Shown here: piece after piece, positions 27,869 to 40,231 of the stretch
Layout: every line of letters begins with the position of its first letter
Position numbering within the stretch: position 1 is the stretch's first letter
DNA from: Kondoa subrosea
Lineage: Eukaryota
Length of the DNA stretch: 64,000 nt
Direction of reading: 5' to 3'
Assembly: GCA_039545335.1 (NCBI GenBank)
Contig: BCIN01000001.1
Coordinates: forward strand, 1,348,604 to 1,412,603
Translations under genes and position numbers: made by a program
Notes under the pieces: generated by a model
What the model was told of the DNA's origin: nothing
The model's database searches: none
The model's input: the letters and a program-made list of their open reading frames with translations, nothing else

Positions 27869-28658
27869 ATGAGGTGTGTCATGCGGAGCCCTTCCTCCAA
27901 ATGCCACACTAGAGCGATGCGTGCAGTCAGCCCTACGATTTTGCTTGGCTTCCGGTACCAGCTCAGCCTGTATCTGGTCCCTCTACTCTTCCGCCGGAGC
28001 ATCCTCAGTCACATCCTCCTACTCCCGCTGTACCTGCTCAAGATGCTTCATTGGATCAGTCTTCGACTGCCAAACCTAAGCGAAAGTCTGGAGGTGAGCT
28101 AAGAACTCCCTTTAAATCATTGTTCTGTTGCTCAAGTCATCGATTTAGCTGGACGTCCTAAAGATCCTGTTTGGGCATTGTGAGTATAGTATCGGTGCTT
28201 CCCCGTAGATGCCTTATGCTATGAGCTTCTTGGGCAGATTCGAGGGTTAGTCGTTGATGTCTAATACGTCTTCGGGGTAAGCTGAATATGTCACCCTATT
28301 AGGTGACAGCGAGAACGCCATCTGCAAAGCATGCTCTTGGTCAGTAGAGAAACCCAAGGTCAGTCAAGGTTGCGCTTTATGAGTAGTGACACTCTCATCG
28401 TATTTGGCACCGTAACAGGCCTTCCGCATGAGGCAGCACATCGTCGAATGCGAATCTATCGATGAAGCAGACCGCACCAAAATGAAAGCTTCCGAAGAAG
28501 CAAGAGAAGCTAAAGCTGCAATGAAGAAACAAGCCAAACGTTCTGCCTCAGCTGACGAAAGCGCCGATCTTTCCTTGGATGGCAATACGATCAATACACC
28601 TGTTCAACCTGCTCCAGTCAATAAAAAGCGCAAGAAATCACCAAAAGTCGAAAAGTAG
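27869..28658 (+). CDS. Small protein with a single BED-type zinc finger and a basic NLS-like tail
   Basis: Splicing gives MSQPYDFAWLP...GRPKDPVWALFEGDSENAICKACSWSVEKPKAFRMRQHIVEC...KKRKK; includes a 5-nt first coding exon and an 8-nt microexon. Confidence 0.75.
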
Positions 28659-28760
28659 GCTTATCAAAAAAAAATCGCGTATTATCGAAATTTGACTTAT
28701 CGTTTTAATTCGCCTTTTTCTTTTCCTAGCACGACCGTCTTTGCTGCTCCCGCGTCCAGC

Positions 28761-29294
28761 ATGGCTACAAAATCTCCTATCACTTGTCATGGTCAGCTTC
28801 CACATCTTAGACGCGTGAAATATCTGGCTAATGAAGTATTGCGGTAAATAGTTCTCGACGCGACTTTGGGCAAACCAGCTTCTGGAATCACTTGTCGACT
28901 GGAAAAGATGTCTCAAACAGGCTTTGTAGTCATGGCAAGCGGGTCAGTTGATCTGAGAGGTGCTTTCAAACAGTTGCTTACTCTCTATCATCATGACAGA
29001 ACGACGGATCAAGACGGTCGATGCAGTCAGATCCTCGCACCGGGTACTCCTATTGAAGCCGGAACCTACAAGATGACTTTCCTGACTCAAAGTTTCTTCG
29101 AAGCCAAATCTGTTGAGAGTTTCTATCCTTTCGTCGAGGTGGGTACAATAAACAGCAAATCACTTACTTTACTTACATCTGCATTCCTTCTTCTACTTCT
29201 ACAGATCCCTTTCATCGTCAAGAATACTGCTGAACATTATCATATTCCGCTGTTACTCAGTCCATTTGCTTATTCAACATATCGAGGTTCGTAA
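28761..29294 (+). CDS. 5-hydroxyisourate hydrolase (transthyretin-like)
   Basis: SPITCHVLD..GKPA, TDQDGR, FYPFVE, HYHIPLLLSPFAYSTYRGS C-terminal signature. Confidence 0.96.
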
Positions 29295-29504
29295 CCCATC
29301 AAGATGTTGAGACTCGGAGTTACGGCAATGAGTCAAAGAAGGGAAAGGCATTATTGTACATGTAAAATTCGTGTGGGCATACTAAAAGAGAACTAGCATC
29401 TATGACAAATGAGATTTTGACTATATCTAGCTGTCTTGTTTGGTCTACTGTCACTGTTCCTTCTACTGCGGTTGCGAGCTGCCATACTTGAAGACAGTGG
29501 TATC

Positions 29505-30520
29505 TCACTTGCGTGCTACTACATTGTCGTAACTCTCATTCTTGACATGCCCGCCTGAAAAGGTAATTGTCACATTCAGATTCATCTTTCGAGAATGCCG
29601 GTAGTACATACCTGATAGAGACCTCTTGACGTTCTGGGCAAATCCAGCCCGATCTCTTCGCAGATCCTCCGCAGCCTCTGTTCGTGGAAGCGAATTGCGC
29701 ATCAGAGGCAGCTGATTAGACACAAGACTTGACGAACCTTTGTTCAATGGATCATCTGCGTTTGGTTCAAGGAAAAGGTACTGCAAGCCAACCATAACGG
29801 AGTTCAAATTTAAAACAGGTTTCCAATCTTCTCGCAGAATGTTTAGGCAAACGTTTCCTTCTAGATCAACATTTGGGTGATAGATCTGTTCAGTAAGATT
29901 GAAGGTTGGCATCAATATAGATTGACACCATTGCCTGAATCTAAACGAACCTTTTGAGTGCATTTTACTTTAGGTGGTTCGTGTGGATAACTGGTGTTGA
30001 TAGTGAATTTGAAAATGAATGCTCCCCCTTTGTACATGCCTGTACGTCAAGGCGCAAGCAAATGAGCCAAAAGCTCAATTCGCATAAATGCTCGATTGAC
30101 GCACCTTCGTCTGGCGTTATCGTCAGCGTAAAGTTGAGTAGGTCAGCCGGATCAGGGAAATCAGTCTTCATAGTCGATGGTAGGTCCAGTTCAGTAAGAT
30201 CTGTCGACCAACAAAATGACATTAGCAGAGAGTATAGAGACAGCTTGCTTCCCTACTGACCTTTCTGCACGCGGATTTGGGCTGCTGAAGTCTTTGGCTT
30301 CTTCTTCGCTGCCTAGAGACTTCCTAATGAGCCTCAGAGCAATTTGTGAAGAGCTGCGACTTTACCTGGTCCTGTGATAGCGAAGCCAGGCATCAATATC
30401 TTTAGCGAAGCACCAGAAACTCTCGAGAGCACCTCATTCTTTTTCATAGACCATATCTTAATCACTACGAGAACACCTGGCTTCAGCTTCATTCATGCAA
30501 TTTGGATGTCCAAACGCACT
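29505..30520 (-). CDS. UBC12: NEDD8/Rub1-conjugating E2 enzyme
   Basis: [10 protein letters not shown]-terminus, [56 protein letters not shown] formed across an intron. Confidence 0.96.
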
Positions 30521-30949
30521 CGCGACGAGCTCGATACAAGGGAAATGCGAAGCAGAGGAAGACTGTTCAGTGTAGAACTAGCACAGACTATACTAGAAAG
30601 CAGCAGAATGCGGGCGATAGTGGCTGATCAAGTCTAACATTACTCAAGATTTTGGGCAAGGTTGTTGTTCTGCTACGGTCTACTTTTTGCGCGAAGCCTC
30701 TGCATGCAAGCGTCACATACTAATAGAGATCTCCTCCTGCATCAGAGCTAGCTGATTGTCCGCTGTATTTAACTTCTTCACTTGGCCAAAGTCATGACTC
30801 GCATGTCTGAATCACGGTCGTGTAATACCTGTACCGTCGTTTTATAGTGCTTGTCCCATCTCTAATGCTGTTTATGTGCTTCGACTCTTGCTCTTGCTCT
30901 TGCCGACATGGATACGTCTGTTCAAGCCTTGTTAGATTTGTATCAGACT

Positions 30950-33725
30950 TGAGATCAGCACTCGCTTCGCCCAACGTCCGGACGAATTCGACGAGAGCTG
31001 AATCCATAAAAAGCAGCAAACACGCTTGTGTATCTCTGATGCTTGTGTATCTCTGATCATTCAAAGTGGTTTTGCCAGCCTTTGTCGGAAACCTTTGGCT
31101 CGAGCTTCGCCCTTGCAGACCTGTCACTACAACAGTCTCAAGGGTTCCAGCCCTATCCGCTCTCCTCCGTCCATCGCACACATCTATCGCAGTGCGATAG
31201 AGTAGCAAAAGGAAAACAAGTGGGTTTCGATCCGAAATCTAGTAGGCACAAGCAAGAGTTCATGAGAGCGGAGGTGGCCTGCTTCTAGTCGATGTCGAAA
31301 TGCGAGTGATCAAAGACACAAGAAGCGATTGAGAATGCCGGAAGGACTGTCTGAAGGCAGGAAAGATCAAATCTTGATGTCGAAATAGCTCGAGCGCGAT
31401 AGAAGAACTTACAGATGTTTCAGCCTACAGGCAGCTCTTTGAGTAGTAGGAGGAACTGATCTGTATGGCCGATACCAGATTGCCATGCGTGATCGAGAAC
31501 TTGTCCAATCTTCAGAGCTCCAGTTTCGCCCACAAAACCCTGTTCTCGCCGAGCGAGCAGTTTCGGAGGGCCCGACCCCTTTCATCCTCTCTCGTCCATA
31601 ACAGACACCTCAAGCTCGAAAGCAAGAGAGCTGCCTCTGGCATATCTCTGGTGCTCGATCCGAAATCCATTCACCGCGGAACTAGGATTTATGAGGACAA
31701 GATGAGCTGTCGATTCGCATTTGAGTTGAAAGCTGACCAGATCCAGAGAGCCGAACTGAAAGGCGAGTCGAGAGGGCGCAGCTGAAGGTCGATTCGATGA
31801 GGAAGAAAAAGGAAAAGAGCAATTTCGAAGGTCATTCGAGCAAATTGTGGCAAAGAGGCTTGATTCAGCTGATACTGGAATAGCCGTATTGTGTAGTCTT
31901 CAAGCTAATGTTCAGGCTAAGACACACGAATGAATAGCGATAATCATGCGAAGTAGTATGGTGAGACTTTCTGCAGCACTTGATGTAGAGATACATGCAG
32001 TAGTAAGGGATAAGATCGGAGTCCTTCCAAGCAAGCCTTCTAAGCCATTCAGACGAGTTCAAAAGGTCAGTCCAGTCCAGTCGAAACACGAGATATAAAG
32101 CACAAGCAGGATAGCGATCAAAGACAGCTGTCGCATGAGATCTTCTTGGTGTATGTTAGGCAAGCAAGGCGCATCCTTAGACTGCATCCTTTCGACCCAA
32201 CTCAATTTTGTGCTCATCAAGCCGTTCTCGCTCTCGCTTGTTGTGACCAATGGCAGCCTCGCAGTAGTCATAGCGGGTATATTGAGGCTTGGTATCGCTT
32301 CCAGTCGAGGTATAAACATCCGACTTCGCTGCTCCAGGTAAAGCATTTTGCGGATGTTGTGCTTGCTCTTGAACGGCCAAATTTTGCCTCCTAGACACTC
32401 TGCTTCAGCGTCAACTAGCATGATGAGTTTTATTCAAACTCTGGACCAGCTCCGAAGCCATGATCAATCGCAAGGGCAGAGCATGTCAGGACTTTCAACA
32501 GCAGAAATCGATTCTTACTTTGCGCGTCCTTCATGACCTCGTGATACTAGAAACTCTGGGAAGGATCAATGGAGGATGATAGTAGCTTAAGGTGATCTGT
32601 CTTTCGACAAATGCTACCTTGAGCGTGGAATCGAAGAAGTGTCGAGCTGGTCGTTTTCCCATTCTTATGCTCGTTATGGAATTGTATCGACGTCATACTT
32701 ATCCGCTTATGCTCGTTATGCTCGTAAAATCAGATTGATCGATCTATCATTGCTTTATTCAACTCGCATCGGTTCTTTCTTTGCTTCGCTCTGAAGCCCT
32801 GCTTGCAAAGCTCAACAAGAACAGAGACTTCTATTTCACCAACAGCAATCAACGCGGCTCGGAGATTGGGAATTGCTCAATACACCAATCGACCGTAAAA
32901 GCATAAACGCAGAAATCGCGTGGTGTCGCGTGTCCCTCGCTAATTTCCTCTCCCCTGTTCCCTTCAAATCTATCGCACGCGATTGCTGTGCCATTACTGT
33001 TGAGTTCCCTTCGCGTTTGCCAGTTTCAGTCCACTCAGTCCAAATGCAATTTAGTGCCTGCTTGCTATTGAAGCAGCTCCTGTGTGGCCAGAATTGAACG
33101 AATTTCACTTGCTTTAAGCTTTCTTCCCTTCTTTCTCACCATGTACTTCACATACCAAAGTCAAACTTCCCTTTTACACGTACTTCATCGCTTCGAGTTC
33201 TTGCCTTGGTTCCAGGCCATCGGATACAAGCCAGCCCAGCCTGCCTTGTGCTTGGAGACTCTTCCGTGCTTTATTGCTGGAATGAGGTCGCGACGCAGGG
33301 ATTTGGTGAATCGAAGGATTGCCCGACCTAGCTCGTGGTTGTCATTGATTCGAGCAAGTATCTCGATGGCCTTTGCGAATCTCTTTCGACTCTGCTTGAC
33401 TGGAAACTTTATAGCCTTTGCGATTTATTTTGCAAAGCGCTCAGGTCGATCCTCTATCAGAGATGCTTTCCTTGGTCTCTTGCTTGCAAGGTCTGATGAA
33501 TCGCATCCTCTGATAGATAGCTGTCAGGCAGGGAAGGCAAGAATTTGTTGCAGATGTAGCAAACTTGAGCCATCACATCGAACTAATCGCATTGATTTGG
33601 AATTTGGCTGAACGATTTCTTGCTTCACAGACTTTGCTTCAGCTTTTACTCAGCGGATTGTTGCAAGAGCTTAGTTGGTGCCGATAGCGGGGGATCGCAA
33701 TGTATCTAGTATGCAATTCAATGCA
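30950..33725 (+). pseudogene. Copy B of the decayed repeat/pseudogene family (~2.8 kb), inverted partner of copy A
   Basis: Reverse-complement similarity to 10438-13250 over its length, including both tandem units (tcgatccgaaatc at ~31226 and ~31655) and the TTATGCTCG motifs. Confidence 0.85.
31024..31057. repeat. 17-bp tandem duplication GCTTGTGTATCTCTGAT x2
   Basis: Exact adjacent copies at 31024-31040 and 31041-31057. Confidence 0.9.
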
Positions 33726-33866
33726 TCTGGTTTCCTGCCTATGAAATCTTCTTCCTCGCTATCAGTATATACACATAACTCCTGGACAAATTGACGACTC
33801 CTTTCTCTCTCTTGCGTCCTCTTTATCTCCTATAACAGGTCCTTCACCGGCAGCGAGCGAGATGTT

Positions 33867-34109
33867 TCAAACATAAAGAGGTTGAGTTTGCACCATTCTA
33901 GGCGTTTGAACTTGCATTGGTGTCTGAATCATTCTAGGAGTAGGTGGAACAACTATTGGATCTGGTATTCTTCTAGAAGTTAAGATGGAAGGAGTCTTCT
34001 GAAGCAGTAATGGATGTCGAGCTTTGTATTTATGGTAGACGAAAGCTGCTGTTGCTGCTCCGACTACAAGGACGAAGATCAGACTACCAACGGCTGCCAT
34101 TCTGCTCAT
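33867..34109 (-). CDS. Small single-pass membrane protein with a Pro/Thr-rich repetitive tail
   Basis: Hydrophobic AAVGSLIFVLVVGAATAAFVY followed by basic HKYKARH; tail TPRMIQTPMQVQTPRMVQTQP. May have upstream exons. Confidence 0.5.
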   Translation of the reverse strand: MSRMAAVGSLIFVLVVGAATAAFVYHKYKARHPLLLQKTPSILTSRRIPDPIVVPPTPRMIQTPMQVQTPRMVQTQPLYV

Positions 34110-34985
34110 ACATACAGATCAGAAGAAGAAAAGAGAGAGACGAAGCTGGACGAACAAGCCTATGATTACTGGTTGAGCATCTGATTGCAATAATACGACC
34201 GTTCCGTTCGCCAGGGTACTCTCTTGAATACCTAAGAGAGTCATTTTCGAGTGCTCTGATAAGAGAGAAGAGCAAATGTCAGACGATTTAGATCAAATTG
34301 AGACCCATGACAAAGGGCTCGAGAATGTCAGAAGAGGAGCAATGTACTAGGCTGGCAGCCTGATGAAGATCGAATACAGCGCGTACGAATAGAGCAGAGG
34401 AATCAAGTATAGAGAGTAGGCCCGAAGGAGTGAAGTCGAGGCTATGAAGCCGAAAAGTAGTACAAGACAAAGAAGCTGAGTAAGGTATACATCAATCACA
34501 GCTCTAAGAAGTAAGAGATCCACATACCACATCACAAGAGCGCAGCGCAAGCTGCGAAGAATAACAACCAACGGCAAGACAGAAAGAATGGAAGGTCATG
34601 ACCGAAGAAGCATATAATACATCCAATTCCGTATAGTACATATCGTTACAGCTCTCCTTCTGGTTCTTCTGATTCTCATGCCGAGCTTGGGATTACAGTC
34701 AGGGTTGAGCTTGATTCAGCTGAGAATGCTTCTTGCTCCAACCTGATCTTGTCGACTTTCAGCTGCAGATTATGGCGTGTATTCTGCTGCCATGCCAGTC
34801 AGTCGTGTTATTGCTGTCAATGAACATCATCTGGGGCCAAATCGTATGGCTTGAAGGTGATTCTTGTCAATCGAGCTTTGGGAGGAAATGGAAATCCGTT
34901 ACTGTCAGGACTGTGAAAGACAAGCAACTGCATCAGCGCTAGACCGAAGCGTATCTCTTGCCCCTCACCTTTACATCCAGTAGGC

Positions 34986-35270
34986 TCACACTACAGCTCC
35001 ATCAACCTTAAGCCATCCTTTGGCTTTATCTCTCTGTTCCAGCTTCCTCAACCTTTCCATCTCCTTATCATAATTCTCAACCACTTCAACTTTCAAAATC
35101 TCTTTAGCTTTAAGTATCATTCCAGCCCAAACAGGTTCAACAGGTTTGTAAGAAACGGCTTGAGTGTGTTTCTTTAATCCTAAAGTTTTAATGATTCGAT
35201 GAGTTTTTTGTGGTAAACCAATTGTAGAACGAGCTAGTGTGATTTTGTACATCATCTTTGAAGTAGACAT
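34986..35270 (-). CDS. MRPL33: Mitochondrial ribosomal protein uL30m
   Basis: YKITLARSTIGLP....IIKTLGLKK...AGMILKAKEILKVE, L30 family pattern. Confidence 0.9.
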   Translation of the reverse strand: MSTSKMMYKITLARSTIGLPQKTHRIIKTLGLKKHTQAVSYKPVEPVWAGMILKAKEILKVEVVENYDKEMERLRKLEQRDKAKGWLKVDGAVV

Positions 35271-35342
35271 TCGCGGGGTTCGTAGTAACGGGACAAAAGA
35301 GTTAGAGTGCAAAATTGTGAGCAGGGTTGGATCAGAGCAAGC

Positions 35343-35977
35343 ATGTCGGTTAGGATTACAGAGATTACTGAAGAGGTAGAGAGACCTAGGACTATAGTAG
35401 TAGAAGAGGATGATGGCTGTGCGTTGTGGCCGCTGCTCTTTCATTTCCCATTACACCAAACTGATGCATGCATTGAACCCTCTAGTCGTCACTGATTCTG
35501 GATCTGAAGCTTCAGAAGACTCACCAGCCGGCAGTGGCGCTCAAGATGATCTAGCTTTAACACAAGAAGATGAAGGGGACTTAGAAGACAACTTTGATCC
35601 ATCAAGAGAAAGTTACTCTGATCGATTTTACGCTTTAAGGGATATGATCTCCCCTTCTACTAGACAAACTCTTTCCTCTTTTACAAGAACGGCTTCAGTT
35701 TGGGGTAGGAGATCTTGGGGTTTAGCTGGAAATACTGGTTGGGTAGTCATCACTTCTGCTATTCTTTTGGGTTTGCCTTTGGCTTTGGCTGTAGAGGGCG
35801 AAACTATGTTTGTACAGCAAGAGAAGTTCGAGAGGGAACAGTTGCAAGGTCAACAGGTCAGTAATTCCCATGGATGTACTCAATTCCGAGAAGTGCTCAT
35901 ACTTGTCGACTTTCCAGATGATGCTGCCTCAAGGCAACCAACCAGCAAGCACAGGAATCACACCGCCAGGGTTCTGA
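35343..35977 (+). CDS. TOM22: Mitochondrial import receptor Tom22 (3 exons)
   Basis: Acidic N-terminus, ESYSDRFYALRDMISP, GWVVITSAILLGLPLALAVEGE TM segment, Q-rich C-terminal tail. Confidence 0.93.
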
Positions 35978-36557
35978 GAGTTCAGATTGATTGATTAATA
36001 GAAGTGTATACTTATGCAATACCACCTTTCATACAAACCATTCATCTTAGCTTTCCTTGATCTCCCTAATCTTCAAAAAATGCCGATATGTAATGGACAA
36101 AATCACAGGTCCACCATAAGGTAAATCCAAGCGCAAGACGATCTCAAGAAGAATGCCAGACAATTTTGAAAAAAATCAGGCTTTCTTGCTTGCTCTCGCT
36201 TTGCAAGGGCTGTCTTTAGATTTTCCGTCAATCAATGACCTGTCAACGTGACTGCGAGAGAGGAAGAAAATGAGCCCAATCAAGAGTCCGCAAGGTGAGT
36301 GGTTGATATGCATCAGGAAGACAGCCGAAGCAAGAGCGAAGCATAGTGTCTATAAGATATAGGAGACATAGATAGATCTAGATAACAGCTGGCGAATTCA
36401 CAGAAAGAATTGAGAGACCCGAGGGTCGACATCAAGCGAAATGGATTTCCCAAAATAATGGTCACGGCCTGTGAGCATCATATCCTTATATGAGCACACG
36501 AAGTTGCACAAGATCCTGAAATTGCTCACCAGCTAAAATGCAGGATGTGATCAGTGT

Positions 36558-38215
36558 CTATGCACCATCTCTGCTCGAAATGATTGATCTTGCTTCCTCG
36601 ACCGTCTTCTTGATCAACTCATTCAACTCTTGAGCTTTCTGAGCAGGTAAAGCATGTCCCGCTTCTTCGTATACAGTCAATTCGCTCCCCTAGCAAATTC
36701 ATCAGCTGGAGAAGAACAGCAAACAAAACGGAAGACGAACAGGTATCAGCTCTTTCAACCTATAACTGTTCTTCGGATTGACCAAATTATCATCATCTCC
36801 AGTGACGATGACGACTTTTGCTATCTGACCTAATCTTGTACATTCGTCAGGTGTTATATAATGCGTCAACGCTGTCAGGATCACCACGACTTAAGCAAAC
36901 TACATTGCGTCAAGAAGTAAGCGAAACTGACCAGCAGCCATTTGACCGAATCTCCCTGCATTACTTTGCAGTCTGGTGATCTTATAGCGATACATCATGT
37001 TCTCTTGCATTTCTTCTCTTCGTGTAATGTATCGAGATCGATCGGAAGGATCTGCAATTTGCTGTTCGAGGTAAGAGATAGGGAAGAGAGTGGATACGAC
37101 TAGTGCTATCTGTTCTGCTGGAGTTGATGGACCACCTAATGATGTCGGCAACAGAGTGTTTTTCAGGATCATTGAAATGCCTTTGAGCTGTAATCATCTT
37201 CCCATCTAAGCACTGATATTGCACAGAGAAAGGGCGACTTACAGGTGCTAGCTGTCTGTTGTCGGATGTAGTGGAAATGAGGACTGTTAGAATTCCCACA
37301 CAATGAACAACCGAAGGGTGATCACATGTGCGAGGCTTACCTAATGAAGCTATCCTCTCGATCGCCATCAACGCAACATGTTGAGATATCATTCCACCCA
37401 TAGCTGTGACGCCACAAATCCTTTAAGGGTTTAACCACCCTGAAGATCAGACGACTCACATACTCCCACTACATGTATTGACTTGTCTCCTGTCCAAACA
37501 AGATGATCAAGCAGCTCTATAGTATCTCGTGCCATCTCTGAAGTCCTTCTCGCTCATCAGACGCAAGAGAGTGGCAGTGTCATGTACTCACTTATATCGT
37601 CTAGGCGAGATGGGCGAATCTGATAGACCAACACCTCGATTATCGAAAGCAAGAACTTGGTAATGAGGTAGCTGTACGCGAAGGGGCTCTGAAACAGCCC
37701 AGAGAGAGCTATTCGAAGACCTGACGTACTTCGGCAAAATAGCTGAGCTGCCCAAGTTCTGTCAGATCGGTCTGAGAAGATCAAGGAGCGATGCTGACGT
37801 TATTAGACCAAGAGAAAGAACTGGCATTCAAGCCTGTACACCAAGATTGCAACCCCATCAGCTTTCTGCTGAAGAGCGCGTAAATCTGACGTACCCATGA
37901 TCAATACTATCCGTTCTCGCACATCTTCTTTCGCTCCATGCAGCTCTGTAGAAGCCTACGGTCACCTAATGCATATGAGGAACGGCAGGCCTACCGTAAT
38001 AGATACTATGTAAGCACGGACATCAGCTGTACAGTACACAAGACAAGCGAATGTAGACGTACTTATGCGACTGAGGAGCTCTTTCTGTAGAGGTAGCGCA
38101 CGCGCAATAACCTTTCTGCACGAGAGTGCTAGGCGAGAAGATAGCTGAACCAGAATGAGTAGGGAACGAGATTGGACAATTAAGGACGCAGACAGGGATG
38201 ATCTATACTTTCCAT
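36558..38215 (-). CDS. Alpha/beta hydrolase, many exons
   Basis: ELHG..IVLIMG, DNRGVG, YTSEMA.D-like segment, HVVG.SMGGMISQ nucleophile elbow, VTGDDDNLV, EEAGHAL. Start approximate. Confidence 0.88.
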
Positions 38216-38390
38216 AGACGTGATTCAGAGAGGATATACAGGTATTTAGAGGTATCGACTATCGCGTCACGCAAAGAACATCTGAAATTCGCAAATGACA
38301 GAAAACAAGCAGGGACAAGGAAGATGACAAGAAGAAGCCCCATATATTATATCACATTTTGACTTCCATTACTTTAGATCTGTCCATTTT

Positions 38391-40231
38391 CTATGCCTGT
38401 TTCGCCTCGACTTCCTCCGCTTTCACTTCAGCAACAGGTTCAGCAGGTTGGACTACTTCTTTCTTCTCTCCTTCTACTGCCGCAGGTACAGAATCACTGC
38501 TTTCCTTCTTCACTCCAGCAGCATTAGCAAACGACAACCCTTCTCTTCTAATAGGGTTTGAAATAATTCTAGTGGATTCAGCTTTCCTTTCCTGTTCTTT
38601 CGGTACTTCTTTCTTATCAGTCATCTTTTCTCCTGATCCACGAGTAGAAGAAGAGAAAGCGCTCGTTCTAGTATTGTTGTTTGCCTTTTCTTGCGCTTCT
38701 AATCGAAGTTTCTCTAGTTTCGCTTCAATCGCTTTCTCCTTTTCCGCTGTATCTACTGGAGCTGCGTTCCCAAAAGGGTTAGGTTTAGTTGAAGTTGTAG
38801 CGGGAGGAGATGTTGCATTAGTAGTAGTAGTAGTAGAGGAAGATTGAGTTCTAGGTGCCAAAGCTAGACGTTTTCTAGTTGCTGGTTGTTCGCTAGGTGA
38901 AGATTGTCCACTTGCTGCTGGGTTGGGAGAAGTAGGTTGGGAAGGTAAAGGAGCAGCTCTACGCCAGACTGAGGCTGTATCTGCTTCAGAGGGTGGAAGA
39001 GGTGAAGCAGCTCCACCAGAAGAGGCCATGTAACTGCTTCGGCGAGATTGATCACCACCTGCTGGAGTATTTGTACCAGAAGTAGAAGGTGTGAATCTGC
39101 TTCCTCTTTCGAAGCCAGATCCGAAATCTCGTTCACATCGGTCTGAAGCATTGCTGAAATCACGTCGTCCGCCGAAAGATGATTGAGAAGGGGGAGCTGA
39201 AGGTACAAATTTGGATCCGCGAGCTGAGTTCCATCGGTCTGGGTCTTCTTCGACATAGGATGGTCGGTCTCCGTAATCTCTTGAGGATGAGCGACCTTGA
39301 CCCATCATGCCTCCGCCTCCAGATGGTAAAGGACCATCTCGACGCCATTCGCTCGCTGCTGCGGCTCTCGAATCGTCTCCAAATCCTCTTTTGGCTGTGG
39401 TTCCAATAGAAGCTTATGAGCGACGACGCGCTCAAGCGCTTCTTGAACTCACGAGGTTCTGCAACTGATACTCTGACTGTTCGACCTGCAACATTTGTTC
39501 CAGATAGACCCAGCGCTTTCTTCAGGTCATCCAAACTTCCAAATTCTACATAAGCGAAACCTTTTGGTTTTCCGTCATGACCAGTAACCACTCGAATGGA
39601 TGTGATCTAGCATTGTATTGAGCACAAGCCATACCTAAAAAACAGTAGAATGTACCTTGTCTACTGAAGGACCGAAAAAGTCTGCTATTTCACCTTCTGA
39701 AGTATCGAAACTGAGATTACCGACGAAAGCGGTATAAGGAGGAGAAGTCGGTAGAGGAACTTCAGGTCTGCTATCATATTGAGGTCTTTCGCTGAATTCT
39801 GTTCGCAACCGATTACTCAACATGAGATAAAGCCTCATCACGGAGCATGAATTGACGAACCTCTTTGAGATGAGAAACCTCCTCCTCTTGAATCGTCTCT
39901 CGGTGGTGGACCGCCTCTACGATCTAGATCTAAACCCGACTCTCTTGCAGTTGCTGTGAGTCGGCAATATCATTAGCATACGACAATGCAAATGATCATG
40001 AGACCCGCTCACGCCCAGTTGGCATATCTTCCATTTCATCAGCCCATGATCCACCAGTGCCTGTACAGTACACTTGAGCACATGCAGCATTGTCCAGTAG
40101 CAACCGTGCACACCTGTATCAGCGAGGAAAGCGTCCAATGAAACTTTCTGAGCTTTTTTCTTTTGCTTCTTCGCTTGAGGTGCAGCAGCAGCCATAGAGA
40201 GACTTGGGAATTGATCGTCTTGTTCTGCCAT
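38391..40231 (-). CDS. TIF3: Translation initiation factor eIF4B (RRM)
   Basis: KVSLDAFL, SWADEMEDMP, PLPTSPPYTAFVGNLSF, KPKGFAYVEF, GRTVRVSVAEP, WRR repeats, KPNPFGNAAPVDT. Confidence 0.92.

Noticed and set aside
33084..33611. 175-aa ORF (and the 207-aa ORF at 41832-42455) as intact genes
   Set aside because: They have non-ATG starts, and the paralogous copies are frameshifted with in-frame stops nearby; treated as pseudogene fragments.
10438..33725. Giant TIR transposon or mating-type flip/flop cassette
   Set aside because: The arms are diverged; no TSD, transposase, recombinase, pheromone/receptor or homeodomain gene was found; the cargo is mostly housekeeping.
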